From Candidatus Omnitrophota bacterium (GTDB lineage: Bacteria; Omnitrophota; Gorgyraeia; Pluralincolimonadales; Pluralincolimonadaceae), in assembly GCA_003141835.1 (NCBI GenBank), contig PLNR01000011.1, positions 107,804-171,803 of the forward strand: DNA of 64,000 nucleotides, in the 5' to 3' direction. A program made the position numbers and the translations under genes. Position 1 is the stretch's first letter. The number at the start of each line of letters is the position of its first letter. The notes under the pieces are model-generated. The model saw nothing but the letters and a program-made list of their open reading frames with translations. It ran no database searches and was not told the DNA's origin. This document shows positions 47,556-56,736 of the stretch, one piece after another.

Positions 47556-48455
47556 TTATCTCCTCTTTCTTGTCTTTAAGTAATCTTTCAGCGCTTCCCT
47601 GTAATGCCTTAACTCATACCCAAGTACCTTGTTTATCTTCAAATGGTCCAAAGCCGATAATTTCGGCCTCAAGGCCGTGCCGCCGGCTTCCTTGGCGGTT
47701 ATAGATACGATATCTGCTTTCAGCCCGCAAAGATCGGCTATCTCCCTCGCTAATTCGTAACGCGAACATACCCCCTCGTTGGAAATATTATAAATACCGG
47801 ACGGGGCTTTGCCCTGCATTATCTTCGCCGACAGGCCGGAAACGGCCTTCGCCAGGTCCAGCGTGTAGGTAGGGTTCCCGGATTTCTCCCCGACCGCCCT
47901 TATCCTGCCGCCTTTTTTGGCCGTTTCGACGACAGAATCCACGAAATTCTTTCCGCAGGAGCCGAACATCCAGCTCGAGCGTATTATGGCGTATTTCCCG
48001 ATATTCGACCTTACATAATCGTCGGCCGCAAGTTTCGAGAGCCCGTAGACGCTTACCGGGTCAGGGCTGTCGTCTTCCGTATAAGCCGACCCCTTCTCGC
48101 CGTCGAAGACGTAATCCGTGCCGATCTGTATAAATAACGCCCCGGCCTCTTCCGCCGCATCGGCCACGTTCTTGGCACCCTCGGCGTTTACCCTGAAGGC
48201 GTCTTCGGGATTGAGCTCGCAAAAATCGACATCGGCCAGCGCGGCCGCGTTTATGACCAGGTCAGGTTTGAGCTTGCGGACTGCCCTCGCTAAACCGTCC
48301 CTGTCGGTTATATCAGCCGCCAGCAGTTCTGAGGCGCGGTACTGTTTCGCCTCGCGCTTCCCGCGTGCCAGCCCGGCGACTTCGCCGGAGGCGGAAAATT
48401 CCCTGCAAAGATCGCACCCCAACATGCCTGTCGCGCCGGTAATAAGTACTTTCAA
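47556..48455 (-). CDS. rfbD: dTDP-4-dehydrorhamnose reductase.
   Basis: MKVLITGATGMLG… with an RmlD substrate-binding fold. 299 aa. Adjacent to rfbB, rfbA and rfbC. Confidence 0.8.
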   Translation of the reverse strand: MKVLITGATGMLGCDLCREFSASGEVAGLARGKREAKQYRASELLAADITDRDGLARAVRKLKPDLVINAAALADVDFCELNPEDAFRVNAEGAKNVADAAEEAGALFIQIGTDYVFDGEKGSAYTEDDSPDPVSVYGLSKLAADDYVRSNIGKYAIIRSSWMFGSCGKNFVDSVVETAKKGGRIRAVGEKSGNPTYTLDLAKAVSGLSAKIMQGKAPSGIYNISNEGVCSRYELAREIADLCGLKADIVSITAKEAGGTALRPKLSALDHLKINKVLGYELRHYREALKDYLKTRKRR

Positions 48456-49456
48456 GTCTTGCCCTTATATTGTTTCGTGTAATATTTTTTGTACGCGCCC
48501 TTATGCTTTATCTTCATCCACCAGTCGCGATGCTCTTCGTACCACTTGACGGTCTTATCGAGAGCTTCCTTGAATGTGTGGTTCGGCTTCCATCCCATAT
48601 CCCTTAATTTTGAATCGTCGAGCGAATATCTCCTGTCGTGCCCAAGGCGGTCCTTTACGTATTCTATCATCAGCTTGTCGCCGCCTGCGGCCCTGATGAT
48701 ATCGTGCACCATCTCTATATTCATCATCTCGTACCCGCCGGCAATATTGTAGACCTCCCCTGCCGCGCCCTTGTTCAATACGAAATATATACCGTCGCAA
48801 TTATCCTCGACATAAAGCCAGTCGCGGACGTTCTTCCCGTCGCCGTAAAGGGGTATCTTATTCCCCTCGATGAGGTTCGTTATGCTCAGCGCGACGAACT
48901 TCTCCGGGTACTGGTAAGGCCCGAAATTATTCGAGCTGCGGGTTATGACCACCGGCAGGCCGAACGTGACGAAATACGCGCGGCACATGTGCTCGGCGGC
49001 GGCCTTGCTCGCCGAATACGGGCTGTTCGGGGCGAGGGCGCTGCCCTCGTTGAACGAGCCGTCCGCTATCGAGCCGTAAACCTCGTCGGTAGATATCTGT
49101 ATAAATTTGGATATGCCGTTCATCCTGGCCTTCTCGAGTAGGACGTTCGTGCCGAGGACATTCGACATTATGAACTCGTCTGCCCTGTGGATCGACCTGT
49201 CGACATGGCTCTCGGCCGCGAAATTCACGACGTAGTCGCAGCCCTTGATCGCCTTTTCCACGGCTTTATGGTCGCAGATGTCGCCTTTGATAAAGGTGTA
49301 GTTCTCATTCTTCTCGATATCTTTGAGGTTCTCGAGGTTGCCGGCGTAGCTCAATTTGTCGAGATTGACTATCTCGCAGCTCATGTTCTTATAGAGGACA
49401 TATCTTATGAAATTGGAGCCGATGAAACCGGCGCCGCCCGTGACTAGTATTCGCAT
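48452..49456 (-). CDS. rfbB: dTDP-glucose 4,6-dehydratase.
   Basis: [16 protein letters not shown]…YASKAA. The track ORF (to 49540) has a 28-aa non-homologous N-terminal extension; the internal ATG was used. Confidence 0.88.
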   Translation of the reverse strand: MRILVTGGAGFIGSNFIRYVLYKNMSCEIVNLDKLSYAGNLENLKDIEKNENYTFIKGDICDHKAVEKAIKGCDYVVNFAAESHVDRSIHRADEFIMSNVLGTNVLLEKARMNGISKFIQISTDEVYGSIADGSFNEGSALAPNSPYSASKAAAEHMCRAYFVTFGLPVVITRSSNNFGPYQYPEKFVALSITNLIEGNKIPLYGDGKNVRDWLYVEDNCDGIYFVLNKGAAGEVYNIAGGYEMMNIEMVHDIIRAAGGDKLMIEYVKDRLGHDRRYSLDDSKLRDMGWKPNHTFKEALDKTVKWYEEHRDWWMKIKHKGAYKKYYTKQYKGKT

Positions 49457-50196
49457 ATCTTCCTTTCCCCCTTGCACGGCTCCTTCTCGACCAGGCTGCC
49501 GGCGCGGAAGAGCGACTCGAAGGTCCCGCAGTCGGTCCACCAGCCGTCGAGGACGTCAAAGGTCATCTTGCCGGACCTTATGTACTCGTTATTGACATCG
49601 GTTATCTCCAGCTCGCCCCTCTTCGAGGGCTTAAGCGGCCTTATGATATCGAAGACCTTCGGGTCGTACATATATATGCCGGTCACTGCGAGGTCGGATT
49701 TCGGCTTTTTCGGCTTCTCTTCGATATTTATTATCTTCTTTCCCTTGATCTCGGCCACGCCGAAGCGCCCCGGGTCCTGCACTTTCTTCAAGAGCACCTT
49801 CGCCCCGGACGGCTGCCTCCTGAAATCCTGCACGTATTTCTTGATGCTCTTCTCGATGAGGTTGTCCCCCAGGATCACGACGATCTTATCGCCGTGGGCG
49901 AAGTGTTCCGCGAGGCCGAGCGCTTCCGCGATGCCGCCTTCGCCGCGCTGGTACGTATAATTTATGTGTTTCAGGCCGAATTCCGAGCCGTTCCCCAGAA
50001 GCCTCAGGAAGTCACCGGCGTTATTGCCGCCGGTCACTATGAGGATATCTTCTATTCCCGCGTCGACAAGCGTCTGGATAGGATAATATATCATGGGTTT
50101 GCAGTAGACCGGCAGAAGGTGCTTGTTGGTTATGCGGGTCAAGGGGTCCAGCCTCTTGCCCAGCCCGCCGGCCAGTATCACTCCTCGCATGGCCAT
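49444..50196 (-). CDS. rfbA: Glucose-1-phosphate thymidylyltransferase (short form).
   Basis: MRGVILAGGLGKRLDPLTRITNKHLLPVYCKPMIYYPIQTL. The ATG at 50196 has a GGAGG SD 5 nt upstream and overlaps the rfbC stop. Confidence 0.85.
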   Translation of the reverse strand: MAMRGVILAGGLGKRLDPLTRITNKHLLPVYCKPMIYYPIQTLVDAGIEDILIVTGGNNAGDFLRLLGNGSEFGLKHINYTYQRGEGGIAEALGLAEHFAHGDKIVVILGDNLIEKSIKKYVQDFRRQPSGAKVLLKKVQDPGRFGVAEIKGKKIINIEEKPKKPKSDLAVTGIYMYDPKVFDIIRPLKPSKRGELEITDVNNEYIRSGKMTFDVLDGWWTDCGTFESLFRAGSLVEKEPCKGERKICEY

Positions 50197-50642
50197 TATT
50201 TCCTCCAATCGTAAGGTATATCGTTATCGTACGCGTCTATCCTGAGTTCGTCCGGCTCCTTAGGGTTATACGCCATCGTCGGTATGTTGACGATCATCGA
50301 TTCAATATCTGCGACGCACTTGAAACCGTGGTAGACGCCCTTCGGTATCTTGACGACGAACGGGTCCTCGAGCGACAGGATGAACTCGTTCACCTCGCCC
50401 TTGGTCTTCGACCCGTCCCTGGCGTCGTAAAGGCCGAGGCGTATCTTTCCCTGCAAGCAGACGAAATGATCGTCCTGTTTCTTATGGAAATGCCACGCCT
50501 TTACCACTCCAGGGAAAGCGGTCGTGAAATACGCCTGCCCGAACTTTTCGAAGATCTCGTCATCGCAGCGCATGATCTCCATGAGCTTTCCGCGGTCATC
50601 CGGGATTATCTTAAGCTTCTTTATCTTCACTCCGTCGATCAT
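50196..50642 (-). CDS. rfbC: dTDP-4-dehydrorhamnose 3,5-epimerase-like cupin (compact, 148 aa).
   Basis: IPDDRGKLMEIMR…FHKKQDDHFVCLQGKI… cupin core typical of RmlC. Confidence 0.72.
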   Translation of the reverse strand: MIDGVKIKKLKIIPDDRGKLMEIMRCDDEIFEKFGQAYFTTAFPGVVKAWHFHKKQDDHFVCLQGKIRLGLYDARDGSKTKGEVNEFILSLEDPFVVKIPKGVYHGFKCVADIESMIVNIPTMAYNPKEPDELRIDAYDNDIPYDWRK

Positions 50643-51967
50643 TAGGATGCCCTCCCTATGCAGGTATACCTGAAACCGAGCTCCTTCATCTTCTTGGGAT
50701 CGTATAAGTTCCTGCCGTCGATGACGACCGGATGCTTGAGAAGTTTTTTGACTTTTTTAAGGTCGAGCTCCTTGAATTCGTTCCATTCCGTCACTATCAC
50801 GGCGCAATCGGCGCCTTTTACCGCGTCATAAGGCCCCTTGCAGAATTTTACCTTCCCGAGTTCGGGCAAGCGCTTCGCCTTATCCATGGCCTGCGGGTCG
50901 TACGCCCTTATCGCGGCCCCTTCGCTTATGAGCTTTTCTATTATACTGACCGAAGGCGCGAACCTCATGTCATCGGTATTGGGCTTGAACGCCAGCCCGA
51001 GGACCGCGATCGACTTGCCCTTGATGTTCCATAACGCCCTCTCTATCTTCCCTATGAGGAGCATCTTCTGTTTTTCGTTCACCCTCTTTACCGCTTTAAG
51101 CAGTTCAAAATCGTATCCGACCTTCTCGGATATATGGATGAAGGCTTCTATGTCCTTCGGGAAACAAAAACCGCCGAAACCTATGCCGGCGTTCAGGAAC
51201 GCCCTGCCTATCCTTTTATCGAAACCCATGCCCCTGGCGACTTCCTCGATGTCCGCGCCGGATTTCTCGCAGACATTCGCCACGGCATTGATGAACGATA
51301 TCTTCGTCGCCAAAAACGAGTTCGACGCGTGCTTTATCATCTCCGCGCTGTTTATGTTGGTAACGATTATCTCGGCGCCGAGCGGCCTGTAGAGCTCAAG
51401 GAGCATCTCCTTCGCCTTCTTGCTCTCAACCCCTATTATTATCCTGTCGGGATGCATGAAATCCTCTATGGCAGATCCTTCCCTTAAAAATTCCGGGTTA
51501 GAGGCCACGTCGAATTTGACGCCCTTGCGCGCGTTAGCCTCGAGCACCCGTTTTATCCACTGGCCGGTCTCGACCGGGGTGGTCGATTTCTCGACGACGA
51601 GGTGGTACGAGGTCATATAGCGGGCGATGCCCTCGGCGACCGCTTCGATATGCGTAAGGTCGGCTTCGCCGTTATCTTTCGGGGGAGTGCCTACCGCGAT
51701 AAATATGATACCGCTCTTTCCCACAGCGTCCTTGAGGTTCGTGGAGAAAACTATCCTCTTCTCCTTGCGGTTCCTTTTTAGGAGGTCCTCTAGGCCGGGC
51801 TCGTAGATCGGCACCATGCCCCGGTTAAGTTTCGATATCTTGGCCTTGTCTATATCGACGCATATGACATCGTTCCCGAGGTCGGCGAGGCACGCGGCCG
51901 TCACCAGACCCACATATCCCGCCCCTATCACAGTTATTCTCATATTTTCACCATTTTTTTCATTCAT
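50642..51967 (-). CDS. ugd: UDP-glucose 6-dehydrogenase.
   Basis: MRITVIGAGYVGLVTAACLADLGNDVICVDID…GLAFKPNTDDMR. 441 aa. Confidence 0.9.
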   Translation of the reverse strand: MNEKNGENMRITVIGAGYVGLVTAACLADLGNDVICVDIDKAKISKLNRGMVPIYEPGLEDLLKRNRKEKRIVFSTNLKDAVGKSGIIFIAVGTPPKDNGEADLTHIEAVAEGIARYMTSYHLVVEKSTTPVETGQWIKRVLEANARKGVKFDVASNPEFLREGSAIEDFMHPDRIIIGVESKKAKEMLLELYRPLGAEIIVTNINSAEMIKHASNSFLATKISFINAVANVCEKSGADIEEVARGMGFDKRIGRAFLNAGIGFGGFCFPKDIEAFIHISEKVGYDFELLKAVKRVNEKQKMLLIGKIERALWNIKGKSIAVLGLAFKPNTDDMRFAPSVSIIEKLISEGAAIRAYDPQAMDKAKRLPELGKVKFCKGPYDAVKGADCAVIVTEWNEFKELDLKKVKKLLKHPVVIDGRNLYDPKKMKELGFRYTCIGRAS

Positions 51968-54234
51968 TAACCCGGAGGCAAAGTGGAACCGAACATCGGC
52001 GGATTGTAATTCTGCTGGAATTCGAAAGGCATCTCCGGGAAAGCCTTGAGCCGCAGCGCGAACATGAAAGTGGCCCCGTGGTCCTGCGAAAAGTTACAGA
52101 TGAAATCCCCGATCCAGCAATGCAGGTCGCGGCTGATCCTGTATTCCTGCTCGGCAACCTGGTTTATGACCTTAACCCCGGACCTGAATGCCTTCAGATC
52201 GACCCTCTCGTAAGCGGTGATCTTCCATTTCTCGGTAAGGTTGAACATCAACTGCCCTTCCAACTGGCTGTAGACCTCATCCTGCCACCTGTATCCCGCG
52301 CCCCAGCTCCATTTCTTCCGGGTCAGGTCCGTGTATACCGTACCCCTGAGGTCCGGGTTGTCGAGGTTATATTCCGGGTCTCCGACGATATTGAAAGTAA
52401 ACGACTTGAATCCCGAAGAATGCTGGTCGTACGATGTGGTCGAGAGGATCCTCATCCAGTTATACGGCTTTGACTCGAAGAGGAAATCGTAATTTCCGAC
52501 CTTGCCCTTCCTCTTGTCCCCGGCCCTGAAATTGTAATTGGTGCTCGCTATCAATCTCGCGATATCGACAGTCTGCATCACCCCTCCTACCATCCTCTTC
52601 GTCTGGAGTTTGTTTTCCAGGGAAGGCGTTATGACGTTGCTGAAGTCGAGGGAGTCTATCGTATCGAACTGGGCCAGGTTACCGGGACGGAACGTGGGCC
52701 TGTGTGCATAAAAATAACTGACCGTCGGGGAGATCACGTGCCTGAGGTTGTTTATCTCCATATTTAACATGCTTGACTTGATGTCATATGTCTTATAGAA
52801 GCGGGTGTTGAGGTCGATGCCCGTGAAAAAATTCCCGCGGATGAAATTGGTGTTATCCCCTGTCATGTCCCTGCTGTAATATGTCTGTTCCGTGCCGGAG
52901 AAAGGCCTGATGCCCAGCCAACCTAAAATATTCGACTGGTATGAGAGCTGGTTCCTTGTATCCACCCTGTTGACGCTGGAAACACCGTTGATCGGCGCGG
53001 GATCCAGTTTATTGATATTGGCGGCCTGGGCGCTGCCGTCATAATAAAAATTCGTCTGGCCGATCTGCAGGCTGCGCGTCTGGAATTGCACCTGGGGCAG
53101 GTATTCTACGACGGCATCGAAGCGGTTTACGCGAGGCTGCACCAAGAGGCTTGTGGTGTAAAATTCATCGGTCCTTATGAGGGAAGCATAGTTGTTGTTG
53201 ACCATGTCCCGCTGGTAATCTTTGATATAATAATCCTTGATGACGTTGGCGTCGGACAGCTTGTTGTATTCCAGGATCCCGCTGGTCGCCTTGTCAGGCT
53301 GCCATTTATGCCTCAACTGCACCCTATAGCGGTCGATATCCTTGCCGCTTGCCGAATCCCCTTGCTGGTCCGGGCGCGAACTCCAGATGTGCTGTTTCCG
53401 CTCGTCAAAATAATTAGCCCTTAAGACGCCGCTCCCGTAATTGTCGGTATCGTAATTGGTGGTAATACCGTAAGCAAAATCCCTTAATTCCCTGTAGTCG
53501 ATGTTTATCTTGCCCCTTATCTTGTCGTTCAGGTAATATTTCCAGGAAGTCAGGAGGAAATAGCCCCAGTCCGCGTTATGGCCCGGGATGACAGAGACCG
53601 GGGGACGGTGGTCCTTTAACGGGATGCTAATGTAGGGGAAATAAAATACCGGGATCTCTCCCACCAGGACCATGATATTATTCGCGGTCACCCTCTCGCC
53701 GAGGTAGACGTTCAATTGCTTGGCCTGGACCCTGTAATGCGGATGCTCCTTGTCACAGGTCGTAACGTAGCCTTGTTTCATGTAATAATGGTTTTGGTCC
53801 TGCTTTTCGGCTTTCTCCCCGCCGCCGTAATAAGTGGGGTCTATGAAGACGCGGGGTTTGACCAGCGTCCCTGTCTTCGTCTCGACATTATAGACCATGC
53901 TTTCGCCCTTGAGGAAATCCTTGCCCTGGGTCAGGTTGACGTCGCCTTCGGCCAGGACCTCCTTGGTATCGGTGTGGAAGATCGCCTTCTTGCAGGTCAA
54001 TTTCGCGTCCTGGTAAGTTATGACGACATTGCCGTTCGCGACCGCGGTCATGTCCGTCTCGGAATATTCCACAGTATCGCCGTTTATTACCACCGGCTCT
54101 TTAGTGTTCTTGTCGACTTTGATAGCGGGAAGACTCGGCTCCGCCGCTCCCCCGAAATTGGAAGCAGAGGCTGACCACGGGAATATGGCGGTCATCATTA
54201 CGGTTAAAACAATAATTGAAAAATTACGGATCAA
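51967..54234 (-). CDS. lptD: LPS-assembly protein LptD/OstA-family outer-membrane protein.
   Basis: Signal peptide, an N-terminal OstA-like beta-jellyroll (INGDTVEYS…VVITYQDAKLTCKKAIFHTDTKEVLAEGDVNL) and a long C-terminal beta-barrel-like region ending in aromatic-rich strands. 755 aa. Confidence 0.68.
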   Translation of the reverse strand: MIRNFSIIVLTVMMTAIFPWSASASNFGGAAEPSLPAIKVDKNTKEPVVINGDTVEYSETDMTAVANGNVVITYQDAKLTCKKAIFHTDTKEVLAEGDVNLTQGKDFLKGESMVYNVETKTGTLVKPRVFIDPTYYGGGEKAEKQDQNHYYMKQGYVTTCDKEHPHYRVQAKQLNVYLGERVTANNIMVLVGEIPVFYFPYISIPLKDHRPPVSVIPGHNADWGYFLLTSWKYYLNDKIRGKINIDYRELRDFAYGITTNYDTDNYGSGVLRANYFDERKQHIWSSRPDQQGDSASGKDIDRYRVQLRHKWQPDKATSGILEYNKLSDANVIKDYYIKDYQRDMVNNNYASLIRTDEFYTTSLLVQPRVNRFDAVVEYLPQVQFQTRSLQIGQTNFYYDGSAQAANINKLDPAPINGVSSVNRVDTRNQLSYQSNILGWLGIRPFSGTEQTYYSRDMTGDNTNFIRGNFFTGIDLNTRFYKTYDIKSSMLNMEINNLRHVISPTVSYFYAHRPTFRPGNLAQFDTIDSLDFSNVITPSLENKLQTKRMVGGVMQTVDIARLIASTNYNFRAGDKRKGKVGNYDFLFESKPYNWMRILSTTSYDQHSSGFKSFTFNIVGDPEYNLDNPDLRGTVYTDLTRKKWSWGAGYRWQDEVYSQLEGQLMFNLTEKWKITAYERVDLKAFRSGVKVINQVAEQEYRISRDLHCWIGDFICNFSQDHGATFMFALRLKAFPEMPFEFQQNYNPPMFGSTLPPG

Positions 54235-54246
54235 GTGTCTCTCCGG

Positions 54247-55227
54247 TTATTTACAGCGGCCTCGGGTCTCGGGGTTGAAAAAAAGCGCTGCGGCGCCGAT
54301 GATCCCGGCGTCGTTTCCGAGTTTCGCCTTGAGGATCTTTACGGTTTTACCCGGAACGGGTAAAGCCCTCTCGTTCACCGTTTTCCTGATTGACTTGAAC
54401 AAAAATTCTCCCGCGTCAGCGACCCCGCCCCCGATTATTATACGCTCGGGATTAAGGAGGTTCACTATGCCTGCCAGCGTAACACCTATCCTTTCACCCA
54501 CTGTATCCCAAAAATCTATCGAAAGCCTGTCGCGCTTTTGCGCTGCTTTACTTATGACCTCCGGCGTCAAGGCCGAGAGATCGCCGTTTACAAGTTTCTT
54601 TATGATCGTCGGGCTGCCGCGGCGTATCTTCGCTTTAAGCTCATCGACGATATACCTGTTGCCGACGTAGCGCTCCAGGCATCCGTAGCTTCCGCAGCCG
54701 CACGGCAAACCTTCTTCCTTAAGCGGCATATGGCCTACTTCCCCTGCGGAAAAAGAGGAACCCCTGTAAAGGTCTCCGCCGATTATTATCCCGCCGCCGA
54801 CGCCTGTCCCCAAAGTGATGCAGACGAGGTTCTCCGCGCCCTTGCCTGCGCCGAACCTGCTTTCGCCGAGCGCCATCAGGTTGACGTCGTTGTCTACAAG
54901 GACGGGAAGGCCAAGCTTAGCCTCAAGCATTTTCTTGAGGGGCGTATCCTTCCATCCCGGGACATTCGTCAGGTAGTAGACGTGCCCTCGCCTGAAATCC
55001 ACGATACCGGGGACGCCTATGCCCACACCCAGCACTTTTTTAGGTGAAAGGCGCGCTTTCCCCAACACTGCCATTACCTCGGCGACAATGGCGCCTACCA
55101 ACCCTGCCCTTGTGCCGTAAGCGGTTGTGGACAATTTTGACCTATGGGAGACCCTTCCGTTCGTATCTACAAGGGCCAGCTTGGTATAGGTGCCTCCGAG
55201 GTCTATTCCGATTGCGAATTTAGTCAT
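54247..55227 (-). CDS. ROK-family sugar kinase (glucokinase/N-acetylhexosamine kinase-like).
   Basis: IGIDLGGTYTKLALV ATP motif and the CGCGSYGCLE zinc motif. 326 aa. Confidence 0.85.
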   Translation of the reverse strand: MTKFAIGIDLGGTYTKLALVDTNGRVSHRSKLSTTAYGTRAGLVGAIVAEVMAVLGKARLSPKKVLGVGIGVPGIVDFRRGHVYYLTNVPGWKDTPLKKMLEAKLGLPVLVDNDVNLMALGESRFGAGKGAENLVCITLGTGVGGGIIIGGDLYRGSSFSAGEVGHMPLKEEGLPCGCGSYGCLERYVGNRYIVDELKAKIRRGSPTIIKKLVNGDLSALTPEVISKAAQKRDRLSIDFWDTVGERIGVTLAGIVNLLNPERIIIGGGVADAGEFLFKSIRKTVNERALPVPGKTVKILKAKLGNDAGIIGAAALFFNPETRGRCK

Positions 55228-55237
55228 TAAGTAGATA

Positions 55238-55266
55238 ATTTTAACTCAAAAACGGCCATTTTTCAA
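55238..55266 (-). promoter_or_regulatory. Possible sigma70-type promoter (TTGAAA-17 nt-TAAAAT) only ~10 nt upstream of the ROK kinase ATG, implying a leaderless or short-leader transcript.
   Basis: Hexamers and spacing read from the minus strand. No SD is present. Confidence 0.28.
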
Positions 55267-55290
55267 TATAATTCAGCCCAAAATCCCGTC

Positions 55291-56736
55291 CTAAGGCCAT
55301 ATTACGGCCCTATTCCTTCCGGCTTCTTTCGCCTTATAAAGGGCCTGGTCTGCCCGGTCTATAAGCGTCGCCACATCATCGCCGGTCTCCGGAAAAGTCG
55401 CCACGCCGATGCTTATCGTCATCGATATCGTCTCGTCGTAAGCCCTGAATTTATGCTTTTCCACGGACATCCTTATCCTGTCCGCGACGTTGAGGGCAGA
55501 ATTCTTGTCGGTATCGGGCAGAGCTATAACGAACTCCTCACCGCCGTATCTTCCTATGAGGTCGACCTGCCGCACGTATTCCTTCATTATCCTGGATATC
55601 TCCTTGAGCACGATATCCCCTACGAGGTGGCCGTACGTATCGTTGCACTGCTTAAAATGGTCAAGGTCTATCATGAGGAGCGAAAGCTTGAGGTTGTGCC
55701 TCTTCGAACGCGCGACCTCTTCGTTGAGCCTCTCTATGAAATGCCGCCTTACGTATATGGCGGTCAAACCGTCCGTTATCGCGAGTTCCTGGATCTTTTC
55801 ATACAGGCTTATCTTCTTGAGCTCGAGCGCCAGCTGTTCCGCGAGGATCGAGAAACTCTCGGTGTGTTCAGCTTCGACGCCCAGTATTGCAAGCATGCCT
55901 AAGGGCACTCCCTCCGAAAGCAGGGGCAGCGCGATGAACGACCTGTCCAATCCTCCGAGGAAAGGGGCGAAAGGATGGCCCTTTTCGACCGGCGCCTTGA
56001 GCGATATCGCTACTTTGCCGGCCGAGACCGTTTCCGCCAGTACCTGGTCGAACTTGTCCGGAGGGCCGCTGCGGATCTCAGTTGAGGATAACTTACCCCT
56101 GGACGGGTTGTGTATCTCATAAGTTATGCGGGCCATGTGCTTGTGATGGGATTCATCCAGCAATATGACCCTGGCGGTGACGAATTTGGAGATCTTGCTG
56201 ACCGCCTCCCTGAATATCTTGAGCATCTCAGCCATATCGAGGGACGCGCTCATCTTCTTGGTCACCTCGTAGAGATCGAGGATATCGTGGACCTGGTTCT
56301 GCAAAGAAACGTTCACGACCTTTATGGCCTTGAGCTCGCTCGTGAACTCGTCATATGACCTGTTCTCGTTGGCAAACGCCGAATTCTTTGAAGCGAAATA
56401 GTCGGCGTATTTTTTATTGAAATACGAAGGTACGAGGGGGACGAGGTTCAAGAACGCGATCGAGGCGAAATAAGGCAGCTCGAATCCCCTGTTGAAGAAC
56501 ATCATGACTATGGTGAAAACGGTCACGCAGCCCGATATCATATACGACACCGCCAACCCGAACTCAAATGCCGCGGCTATTATCGCTATAAGCGAAAAAT
56601 TAAGCGTGAAGACATATATGTGCGCCGGCCTGCCGATGCAGTAAAGCGGCGGTATGAGGGCAAGGATGAAGAATACGGGAAGGACTCCCTTCTTGGACAG
56701 GGCCCATTTGTTCGGGGATATGTTCAGGCGAGGCAT
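55291..56736 (-). CDS. Membrane-anchored GAF-GGDEF diguanylate cyclase.
   Basis: N-terminal TM segments, a GAF-like middle domain, and GGEEF with the RYGGEEF motif and inhibitory-site-like RxxD. 481 aa. Confidence 0.85.
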   Translation of the reverse strand: MPRLNISPNKWALSKKGVLPVFFILALIPPLYCIGRPAHIYVFTLNFSLIAIIAAAFEFGLAVSYMISGCVTVFTIVMMFFNRGFELPYFASIAFLNLVPLVPSYFNKKYADYFASKNSAFANENRSYDEFTSELKAIKVVNVSLQNQVHDILDLYEVTKKMSASLDMAEMLKIFREAVSKISKFVTARVILLDESHHKHMARITYEIHNPSRGKLSSTEIRSGPPDKFDQVLAETVSAGKVAISLKAPVEKGHPFAPFLGGLDRSFIALPLLSEGVPLGMLAILGVEAEHTESFSILAEQLALELKKISLYEKIQELAITDGLTAIYVRRHFIERLNEEVARSKRHNLKLSLLMIDLDHFKQCNDTYGHLVGDIVLKEISRIMKEYVRQVDLIGRYGGEEFVIALPDTDKNSALNVADRIRMSVEKHKFRAYDETISMTISIGVATFPETGDDVATLIDRADQALYKAKEAGRNRAVIWP

